Part shown: in pieces, positions 54,126-64,000 of the stretch
How positions within the stretch are numbered: the stretch's first letter is position 1
Layout of the letters: each line of letters begins with the position of its first letter
Assembly: GCF_030028105.1 (NCBI RefSeq)
Contig: NC_092395.1
Span: forward strand, 22,846,424-22,910,423
DNA length: 64,000 nucleotides
Direction: 5' to 3'
Source: Mobula birostris
Lineage: Eukaryota
The notes under the pieces: generated by a model
Database searches by the model: none
Told to the model about the DNA's origin: nothing
Seen by the model: the letters and a program-made list of their open reading frames with translations, nothing else
Translations under genes and position numbers: made by a program

Positions 54126-56519
54126 CAGACAGAATTGCGACCGCATTTCTACCCCGAGCAAACGACCATTCAGCCCCTCCAAACGCTTCAGACCGAGACC
54201 CTTCAAAGTTCATTTATTAGTAGAGTAAATACAACCTCGAGATTCGTTTCCTTATAGGAGGCCACAAAACCCAGAAGCCCAATTGAACACCTTAAAAATG
54301 CATTTAAACACCCAGTTTGCAAAAAACAAATAATCGTGCTAACAATTAAAAAGTAAGCAAATAACATTCAGAACTAAAGTTATTAAAGTGAAGGGTCTCG
54401 GCCCAAAATGGCGACTATACTCTTTTCCATAGATGCTGCCTGGCCCACTGAGTTCCTCCAGCATTTTGTATATTTCAGGAAAGTGAGTTCACAACCATGA
54501 AGCTGGTTAACACTGAAACCCATTAGTTGCAGACCACAGCCTCAGTTCATGTCCTGTGCATTGTTCAAGATAGCCAGCATCTGCAGAATCTTTTGTATTT
54601 ATAATCTTATTTCGATTTATCCAACATAACCATTTGCAAGTTTCCACCAACTTCATAAAATGCTTCATAATTTCATGCCAGAAGAGCTTTGCAAAAAATT
54701 TAGACTTGAGCAAGACTTCCTAACCACCAGAAATAGTGTCTCTTATTTCCACACTATCAATTCCCAATAATACCTTGAGCTATTCCATAAAATGGCTCTT
54801 ACAAACTTCTAAATTTGCAGACATTACCATCATCGTTTGTGCAATTAAAAATCAAAATCTGCAGATGCTTTAAATCTGAAATAAAATATTAATGCTTGAG
54901 ATGCTCAGCATCTATGAACAGAGAAAGTAAACAATTCAGTTCATGGTTATACAGCAAGTAACCAGGTCCTTCAGCTCAGCTTGTCTGTGCCAAGAATCCC
55001 TTTTAAGGCAGTCCTTTTAGGCCCATCTTTCTCAAAAACTTTCCTATTCAGTACCTGTCCAAGTGCCTTTTAAAGGATGTTAATGTGCCTTTCTCAACTA
55101 CTTCCCCTGCCAGTTCATTCCATTATACAGACCACATTCTGAATGAAATAGTTGCTCCTCAATCAACGATCTTTCATTTGAAATGGAAAAACTCTGCCGA
55201 AGGGTCTCAGCCGAAAACTTCGACAGTGCTTTTATCCATAGATACTGCCTGACCTGCTGAGTTCCTCCAGCGTTTTGTGTGTGTGCATTGCTTGCATCTG
55301 CAGATTGTTTCTTGTTTGTTGAGGTGCTGGTCATAGGTCTTGTTTGGAGGAGGTCAAAAACAGAATTCAGAGGGGACGTAGGATGAGAATTGAAGTGACA
55401 GAATTAAAGTGAAGACCAGGGTTCTGTGTGTGCACTTATGTAGGTATTCTGCAAATAGTCACCCAAACTGTGGTTGGATTCCCTGTTGTACAGCAAGCCA
55501 GTTCAGTGCTGGTCACGCTTTACTAAATTGGATGCATTGCAAATGAATTGCTACCTATCCCAGAGGAATTGTTTGGGTCTCCAGAAGATAAAAGGAAAAG
55601 GGCAGACATTGCACATCCTGTTTTGTACAGGCAGCTATAGTGAAAAAGGAAATGATTGTTGGTTAAGTGGAAGAGAATTAATGAAGAATAGATGGGGAGT
55701 CTCTTCACAGCTCTTTGTTGGAAGGAGGGAAAGATGGGACTTTTTGAGCATGATAGAAATTATGAAGGAAAAATCCATTGAATATAAACGTTGGTGGAGT
55801 AGAAGGCAAGGACAAAGAGAACCCTACCTTTCCCATAGGTGGGAGGAAAGGGGATGAGAACAGAACTATGGGAAATGGAGCAGGGAGCCAAGTGCAAATG
55901 CATCATTCTCTCTCCTGAAAGGACACTAGGTCATAGTCTATTTTCTTGTCAGAACAGTTCAACATTTTGTAGTATCAACTCATTTTTGTTCACTCTGCAG
56001 ATTATTGTGTAGAGTTCACTTGAAGAGGCTGGTCAGATGTGATGGCATATTACTTTAAGTTCTGGAACTACGCTCTTTGCATTCAGTGTTTGGAGTACAA
56101 TAAATGAGTTATAGTTTTTCTTAAACATAAGATGCTTCATTGTTTTATTTGTGAAAACCTACATTAGCATCCTCTTATATTGCAAATTTCCAACGTGTAC
56201 TATGTTCTGAATGTGTCTCTTTGAGAACTGTTTGTTTTTCCCCTATTCTTTCTCATATATAATTTGAAAATCAAAAACTGCATCTGCTGGAAATCGGAAG
56301 TAAAATCAGAAAGTGCTGAAAATACTTATCAATCGGACAACACTTGTGGGAAGAGAAATACAGTTAACATTTCAGGTCAAAGACATTTTATCACAGAATA
56401 AATAGCTCTTAAGTAATTGCTGAAAGTGCATTAAAATGCTTCTTTGTGGAAAAGAGAAACTGGAAAAAATGTTACTAAACATGATCCGAAACACAGATAG
56501 AAAAAAGCTATTTCCTCTA

Positions 56520-56999
56520 CGGGGGTGATTGATGAGTTCGTGGCCTAAGGTAGAAGGAGTCAATTTTAGAAAACCTAGCACATTTATTTTTCAATTTAGT
56601 CCTCTCCTACATGTACACCCTTAATCCATCAGTCGTGGAGCATATGGATCTCTTCTTTGTAGAAGTGGTCCACAGCAGGGGTGATAAGTTTGTGACCTAA
56701 GGTAGAAGGAGATGAGTTATACAACTCTCGTTACATGCACGTGCAGTTCAGCTCTTTGAGTGATTATGCAGAAAGTTTGAAGTTTCTCCTCATCTCCTCC
56801 TACTTTAGGCCACAAACTTATCAATCACCCCTGCCGTGGACCACTTTCTGGAGGTCCAAGACACTGACATCTACAAAGAAGGGATCCGGATGGTCCACGA
56901 CTGCAGGACTAAATGTGTAAATGTTGGAAAAATAAATGTGCTAGGTTTTTTAAAATTGACTCCTTCTACCTAGGCCGCGAACTTATCAATCACCCCTCG
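56520..56999. mobile_element. Mariner-type MITE with about 75-bp TIRs
   Basis: TA-CGGGGGTGATTGATGAGTTCGTGGCCTAAGGTAGAAGGAG ... CTCCTTCTACCTAGGCCGCGAACTTATCAATCACCCCTCG-TA. Confidence 0.88.
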
Positions 57000-57954
57000 T
57001 ATGATTGATTCAGTAACTAGAAGCTACAAATTAAAATTTGCAAAGGAGATGAGTAAGAACTTTATATGTTGTACTTGGTGCCATCGGGAACACTTAAACA
57101 GATCAAGGAAACTAATTACAATAATAAGAAGAAATTTGACAGCTATGTAAAGATTAGGAATTCAGAGGGCTATGAACTATAGATAGGTACGTATGACTGA
57201 ATATGACTGTTTCCTCAATGAGCCTGCCATAAGCACAATGGAGCAAATGAATTCCATCTCTGCTGCATTTCTTTCATTAAAAAAGCAGGTATTTTCTTTT
57301 CGAAGATGCAAAATAATATGTAAAATGATGACAAATTTATGAACTTTCCAAAATCTAACTTTGCTTCTTCCTAAATACATCTAAGTAGCTACCATGGGGT
57401 TTTGAATACATAAAGTCCAACTGTTTTTCAATAAAGTGATGTCAGAGCAGAGGGATTAAACCCAATTGGAAGGATTGAACAGGATGTGGTGATTTACCTC
57501 TAGCAGAGAGAAGGCTGATGGTTGATTAAGAGATTTTCCACAATAAAGAAAGGGTTGACACAGTAGGCAGAACATGTCAGACAGTCACCAGAAAATTCAG
57601 GAGAAACTCTCTTGAGAGAATAAATGATTAATATACATAATAGGAGACCATTCAGTTGACTGAAAATAGTGTTTTTATTTTAATTCATTCATGTGCTGTT
57701 GATGTTGCTAATCATGTGAGCATTTATTATTATCTGTCCCTGACTGCCCATGAACTGAGGAGAAAGTTAAGGTTCAACCACATCAGTTGTCCACGGGCAC
57801 ATTCAACCCAAACAAGGGTAGTGGATTTCTTTCCCTGAAAGACATCATCTTAATCCTACTTTCCTGCACTGAACCCATATCCATGCAGTTTACATTCTTC
57901 AAGGACATTTGGTCTCTCTGATTCTATCACTGTTTCAGTCCATGAGGAAAAGAC

Positions 57955-58522
57955 ATGGGCCAGAAGAAGCAGGATCTCCCAGTGGCCACCCATTTTAATT
58001 CCACTTCCTACACTGATACGTCAATTCATGGCCTCTTCTGCTGTTGCGATGAGGCCACATTCAGGTTGAACATCATCTTGTATTCCATTTGGATAGCCTC
58101 TAACTTGATAGCATGAACACAGATTTCTCGAATTTCCGGTAATACTCCCCTCCCCTTAACCATTCCCCAACCCCCCCTTTCACTCTCTCACCTTATCTCC
58201 TTGTCTGCCCATTGTCTCCCTCTGGAGCTCCTCCCCCTTCCCCCCCCCCCATTGGCCTTCTGTCCTCTCCTTTCAGATTCCCCCTTCTCCAGCCCTGTAT
58301 GTCTCATGAATCAATTTCGCAGCTTTTTACTTCCTTTTTCTCCCTACCCTTCCCTTTAAATCTATTCATCTTTTTTTTTCTCCAGTCCCGCTGAAGGGTC
58401 TCAGCCTGAAACATTGATTGTACTCTTTTCCACAGATGCTGCCTGGCCTGCTGAATCCCTCCAGCACTGCATTTGGTGTGTGTGGCTTGGATTTCCAGTA
58501 TCTGCAGATTTTCTCATTTGTG
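57955..58522 (+). mobile_element. Penelope-like element 3' fragment
   Basis: DLPVATHFNS-type remnant and terminal repeat with degenerate core cagtc-CCGCTGA...GAAA-catt-gattg. Confidence 0.8.
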
Positions 58523-60689
58523 TCTAGATAGGGTGAAATCTTATATTTTTTTCTCTATTAATTTAAACCTATATTCATTTCTATTCCTTTGAAATATTAA
58601 CTTCTCATGACTTAACATACCTTATAATTCTCCTTCTGACATCATCTATTCCAAAGAAAATTTCCACAATCTATTTAGTCATTAGCTATTTTCCCCAGAC
58701 TTTGTTACATTCTTGCAAGTCTCCTTGACATTTTTTTTTACAATTCAATCACATCTCTCCTGTAAAACATTGGTCAAAATTGGCCATAGTGCTTGAATTA
58801 TGCTTCTCCATTCTTATATATCATGCCTTTGCAATTAAAGGAAAACATTAATATTCCTTATAAACTAATAGATTGACCAATCTACTGCTTTTAAGCTTCT
58901 GTGGAGTTAGTCCAAGGTCTTCTGCTCATCCACATCTCTCAGTTCAGTGTCTTCTTGTTTGTACCTTTGCTTCTTTCCAAATGTGTTACTTCACACAGAT
59001 CTCCTTTCGTACCACTGATGACCATTTATGTGCTCCTGCACCTAAAGGTTTCATCCACATGGTGAGCTTCATGGCCAATTTTCAATGTCATTTTCAAACC
59101 TCCTTATCACACCACTTCTGCTTACATCTAGTATTAATGCATACTATAAAATTCAAGCAATCAAGTACTGACAATCTTTCAGTTGTTAAAAATAGCTGCC
59201 AACCTTTTGTTCCATACCACCAAGCTAATTTGGTCACTCTAAGTGCTTAGAATGTGCATTCACGATATTGCATTCAATTGAGATAAGGAATAGATTTATG
59301 TGATAGGTCAAAAAATACAAAGGCATGTTGATAATTTATCATCTGAATTATGGTGGAAAATATCTTAAAAGGTAGCACAAACACACGACTAGTTGGCTGA
59401 AATACCTGTTTTTGTAAACTTAAGGAATTCTGCAGATGCTAGAAGACCAGAGCAACACACACAAAATACTGGAGGAACTCAATAGGATTCCTCATGAAGG
59501 CCCTTAACCCAAAATGAGAACTGTTTATTCTTCTCCATACATGCTGCCTGACCTGCTGAGTTTCTCCAGTGCTTTGTGTGTTACATGTTTTTGTCTTGTG
59601 TTTTTTGTTATCTGCTGTAAATCATTAGTTAACATTAGTTAAAATAGTGAAAACATATTGGTTAAAATAAGATGAGTATATCTAAAACATCACATAACTT
59701 CTACTAGTCAAGTTTACTCAACGAACATAGATGAAATTACAAACTGAATAAGAACCACACTTCTAACCATTATGCTAAATTAAAATAACTCATCTTGTTA
59801 ACAGTGAATCAGCTCTCTGCCTATCACTAAACAGTAACATGGAGAAAAAGGTCAATGGACACCATGCAGTGATCATGAATGATACACAAACTTTCACCCT
59901 TCTTGAAATGTTTAATGGCAGTTGACAGACCAACATCAGGTGCATCACCACCACCTACTGAGTTGGAGTGCGGAGCAAAGAAACAGGAAGCGTATCCACT
60001 ATATTCCATCCCCATCCAAAAACAAGTCTAATGCTTTTTCAGAAAGTCAAAACCACACTTACAGTATATGCATTACAATGGCTGTGATATCTGTAATGTT
60101 GAATTAGGTTTGTGGGTCCAGCAAGTGAGACAGGAAATGCATTTAGTTTGAATAGGTATATTAATCATTTATTTACATACAGTAAAAATTTGACCAAACA
60201 TTCATGTTCCCTGTTACAGACAATAAAAGCTGAATATTCAAACATATATAGTTAAATAGCATGCAGAGCATACCCTCCCCCCCAATGTGCATCTTTGTTA
60301 GAAACAAAGGAAGAAGAGAGCCAGCCCATTTCACGTGCTATTTTATATACCCAGGATGTTGGAACCTGGATACCCAACAGCCATCCAATGGAAAAAGCAG
60401 CTGCAGTTTCTAAACGAGCCAATCACAATGGAAGTGATTTTTTGACAATCAGAATAAGGCACACCCCCACAGGACAATATCCTAATAAACTTTCCATGTT
60501 AGACTGTGTCTGTCCCAAAAACCTCAATTTAGCAATTAGATGTTTTCTTTGCACCTCGAGGTATTGCATTCAAACAATATATGCTGCACCATTCATGACA
60601 AGTACACTCCCTGCAGGTGCCAGTATCATGCATATTAAATCTGAACAGGGAATGACTCAACCTAGTATGTCCAATCCATAAACATGCAA

Positions 60690-61197
60690 GGCTCCCGATG
60701 TGGCCTTCTATACATTGGCGAGACCCGACACAGACTGGGAGATCGTTTCGCTGCCCGCCAGAGAAAGCAGGGTCTCCCAGTGGCCACACATTTTAATTCC
60801 ACGTCCCATTCCCATGCTGATATGTCTATCCACGGCCTCCTCTACTGTAATGATGAAGCCACACTCAGGTTGGAAGAACACCACCTTATATTCCGTCTGG
60901 GTAGCTTCCTACCTGATGGCATGAACATTGCCTTCTCAAACTTCCGCTAATGCCCCACCTCCCCCTCGTACCCCATCCGTTATTTATTTATATACACACA
61001 TTCTTTCTCTCTCGCAAACACGAGGAATTCTGCAGATGCTGGAAATTCAAGCAACACACATCAAAGTTGCTGGTGAACGCAGCAGGCCAGGCAATATCGT
61101 CCTGACGAAGGGTCTCGGCCCGAAACGTCGACTGTACCTCTTCCTAGAGATGCTGCCTGGCCTGCTGCGCTCACCAGCAACTTTGATGTGTGTTGCT
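60690..61197 (+). mobile_element. Penelope-like element: GIY-YIG endonuclease C-terminus plus inverted terminal repeats
   Basis: ORF 60684-60950 SRCGLLYIGETRHRLGDRF...VATHFNS..H...LRLEEHHLIFRLGSFLPDGMN, followed by head-to-head repeats. Confidence 0.9.
61099..61132 (+). ncRNA. Minimal type I hammerhead ribozyme motif (Penelope-associated)
   Basis: gtc-CTGACGA-a-GGGT ctcg GCCC-GAAA-CGTC-gac: intact CUGANGA and GAAA cores, stem II, palindromic ACGT stem III, GUC cleavage triplet ending at 61129. Confidence 0.7.
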
Positions 61198-61388
61198 AGA
61201 TTTTAACTCACCCATTTTCTGTACATACCCCAAGTACCTATGTGTATCACCTCCCAATACATTATCGAATTTTCTTTGCCCTTCTCACTACTTTTCTAAC
61301 TACGGTCAACTTCAACCCATGTTCCGTAACCAAAACTACGAGCAAAGAAAACCTAGAACGTTCGACCCCATTCACGGCGATACCGGGC

Positions 61389-61474
61389 ACCAACGCATGC
61401 GCCGCGGCTGAAGAGACGCGTGGAACCAGCGCATGCGCCGCGGCTGAAGAGACGCGTGGAACCAGCGCATGCGC
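61389..61474 (+). promoter_or_regulatory. CpG-rich promoter with a 36-bp tandem duplication and three NRF1-type sites
   Basis: CGCATGCGCCGCGGCTGAAGAGACGCGTGGAACCAG repeated exactly at 61394 and 61430, plus CGCATGCGC at 61466. Confidence 0.8.
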
Positions 61475-61479
61475 TCTGG

Positions 61480-61548
61480 GATCTGGACGTACAGCTGACG
61501 GCGCTTGTGAGGTGCTGTGTTGGGGTTGATAAGTATTAGAAAAAAAAG
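61480..61548 (+). other. Putative non-coding first exon of a gene divergent from THOP1 (probably SGTA by synteny)
   Basis: Consensus donor AAG|GTGAGT at 61548/61549 just downstream of the NRF1 cluster. SGTA is head-to-head with THOP1 in human. No coding evidence in the window. Confidence 0.5.
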
Positions 61549-62361
61549 GTGAGTTTAAAGGGGTATTCTTATAATGAGATCATACAGGGCCGTCGGCGAA
61601 GTGTTGTATAATGAGAAAAGTCTCCACCGAATTTCAGCGTTACAGTTTAGATCCTCTGACCGGGCTCATTTCCTGATGGCTAGTTTGGTATTTGCAGGTG
61701 AGGAGGCTCTCAGATATGGTAGGCCGAAACTGGAATGTTCTGCACTTTTTTTGGTTGTGTGTAATTATTTCTTGTAGCAATAGCTGTCAGATTCTGTGCA
61801 CGTCTTTTACACTGTTATCTTCAAAAGTAACAGTGAGATTTAATGATTCAGTAGGGTTGATAGTGCATTTGTTGTACGTTGGCAGTTTCGCCGTTTCATT
61901 CAAGCGTATCGCAATAGATGTGTAACCATGAATGCATGAGAAAAAGAAAATGTTCCATTCTAGTGGAATCCGCTTTGAAAGATGAGCTATAGAAAATACC
62001 GTGGATATTAGAGATCCGAAAGAAACAATAGAAAATATTGAAAACATCTGTGATCTTTTATAATTGGATGGGATTGCTACACTTGATGAATTTCACATAT
62101 TTGACATTTGGGAAGTAACAAAACTGTTTGTTGACCATTTCCAATACTCAGATTGTCCATCTTTGAAATAAACGATAGATTGAGGTAATGTAAAAAAATT
62201 AAAATGCTGTTACACAATGCTCCAAATCCATTGTATCTGAAGCAATTGAACCCAGATGCCAGAAATCTGAAATAAATCCGGCAAAATCTCCAGAGAGGGA
62301 AGCTGTTAATGTTTTATGTTGATGACTTATTCAGCACTGGAATAAGCTAAAAATTAAACCA

Positions 62362-63810
62362 GAACCAGCTTTATTATCACTGTCATAAATTACATGAAAT
62401 GTGTTGTTTTGAAGCACCAGTACAGCACAAAGACATAAAATTACTATAAATTACAAAATAATTAGTGCAAAGAAAAAAATGGAATAATGAGGTAGCATTC
62501 ATGGGCTGTTCAGAAATCCAGTGATAGAGGAGAAGAAGCTGTTGCTGAATTGTTGAATGCAGATCTTCAGACCCCTGTACCTCCTCCCTGGTGGTAGTAA
62601 CGAGAAGACAAGATATATACCAGATGGTGAGGGTCCTCAATGATGAGTGCCATTTTCTTGAGGTGCTGCTTCATAAAGATGTCCTTGATAGTGGAGAGGG
62701 TTGTGCACATGTCAAGTCTATAATGCTCTGATGCCCCTTCTGATCCTGTGCATTGGAGCCTTCACGCTAGGCTGTGATGTAACCAGTCAGAATATTCTCC
62801 ACTCTACATCTGTGGAAATTTACAGGAGGCTTTGATGATCTGTCGAAGTCCTAAATGGTGTAGTCAATAAACAGCAGCCTGACATACAGTAGTGCTAGAA
62901 AGTTTGTGAACATTGTAGAATTTTCTCTATTTCTGCATAAATATGACCTAAAATGTGATCAGATCTTCCCGTAAGTCCTAAAACTAGATAAAGAGAACCC
63001 AATTAAATAAATAACACAAAAACATTGTACTTGTTCATTTATTTGTTGAGAAATATGCAGAAATAGAGAAACTTCTACAGGGTTCACAAACTTTCTAGCA
63101 CCACTGTAAGTATTACTATTGTCCAGGTGATCCAAGGACGAGTGGAGAACCTGTGAGATTACATCTGCTGTAAACCTATTGTTGCCAATAGGCTAATTGC
63201 AGTGGGTCCATGTCCTTGGTTAGGCAGGAGTTGATTCTAGCTATGACGAGCTTCTCAAAGCACTTCATTGCAGCAGATGTGAGTGCCGCTGGGCAATAGT
63301 CGTTGAGGCAGCTTACCCTGCACTGGTATGATTGGCACCTTTTTGAAGCAGGTGGGAACCTCTGACTGCAGCAGCAGGAGATTGAATATGTCCTTGAACA
63401 CTCCTGCTGGTTGGTTGGGTCAGGTTTTCAGAGCCCTACCCAGGTACACCATCGTGGCTTGATGTCTTGTGAGGGTTTACCCTCTTGAAAGATGTTGTGA
63501 CATCATCCTCTGAGACAGAGATCACAGTGTAAGTGGATGCTGCAGGGATTCGCATAGTTTTATTATACTTAAGGCATGCATAAGAGGCATTGAGCTGATT
63601 TCTGAATGAAGCATCACAGCCATTCATGATGTTATTTCGCTTTGTAAGAAGTAACGACCTGCAAACCCTGCCAGACTGATGTACATCCGGTTTAATCTCT
63701 AACCTCAATTGGAATTGGTTATTCACCCTTAAAATCACCTTCCGTAGGTCACACCTAGACTTGTATAGTTCTGGATCACCGGTCTTGAATGCCACAGATC
63801 TAGCCCTTAG
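62362..63810 (-). mobile_element. Rex1/Babar LINE, old and decayed
   Basis: ARSVAFKTGD..LYK.R.DLRK, FKRVNPHK...DGVPG motifs; 3' end similar to the 4091 copy. Confidence 0.8.
62887..63106. mobile_element. Tc1-type MITE inside the Rex LINE
   Basis: TA-CAGTAGTGCTAGAAAGTTTGTGAAC ... GTTCACAAACTTTCTAGCACCACTG-TA; about 55-bp TIRs. Confidence 0.9.
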
Positions 63811-63845
63811 TAGATAATGAAGTTGAACTTCACACAATATCCTAA

Positions 63846-64000
63846 GTCATAGTCATACTTTATTGATCCTGGGGGAAATTGGTTTTTGTTACAGTTGCAC
63901 CATAAATAATAAATAGTAATAGAACCATAAATAGTTAAATAGTAATATGTAAATTATGCCAGTAAATTATGAAATAAGTCCAGGACCAGCCTATTGGCTC
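63846..64000 (-). mobile_element. 3' tail of another LINE running off the window
   Basis: Minus strand ends GATCAATAAAGTATGACTATGAC, a poly(A)-signal-like hexamer plus short tandem tail. Confidence 0.5.

Noticed and set aside
61389-61474. 36-bp repeats as a CRISPR array
   Set aside because: The units are directly adjacent with no spacers, there are no cas genes, and the context is a vertebrate promoter.
61691-61703. TTTGCAG/GTGAGG as a defined extra exon boundary
   Set aside because: It could be a donor or an acceptor, and no partner site or coding signal supports either.

Overview
Eukaryotic, vertebrate genomic DNA. The repeat repertoire (CR1, Rex1/Babar, Penelope, V-SINE, Tc1/pogo) suggests a cartilaginous fish, probably a ray (inference). 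The window holds a complete thimet oligopeptidase gene (THOP1) on the minus strand: 12 coding exons from 53882 to 13606, all GT-AG, joining in frame to 2070 nt (689 aa + stop) with the HEFGH zinc motif. At the left edge is the first coding exon and cell-cycle-type promoter of a ZNF367-like gene (minus strand). At the right is a divergent promoter with a tandemly duplicated NRF1 site and a non-coding first exon, probably SGTA by synteny. Introns are packed with nested transposons. The most notable observations are: (1) a perfect 12-bp hairpin whose 3-nt loop is exactly a THOP1 5' splice site; (2) many Penelope-derived repeats with minimal hammerhead-ribozyme cores, one intact and enclosed in a 44-bp inverted repeat; (3) a ZNF367-like gene beside THOP1, possibly a paralog lost in mammals; (4) a 36-bp promoter duplication that multiplies NRF1 sites. 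I cannot demonstrate a wholly new biological system from sequence alone. Repeat boundaries are approximate unless TIRs or TSDs are quoted.
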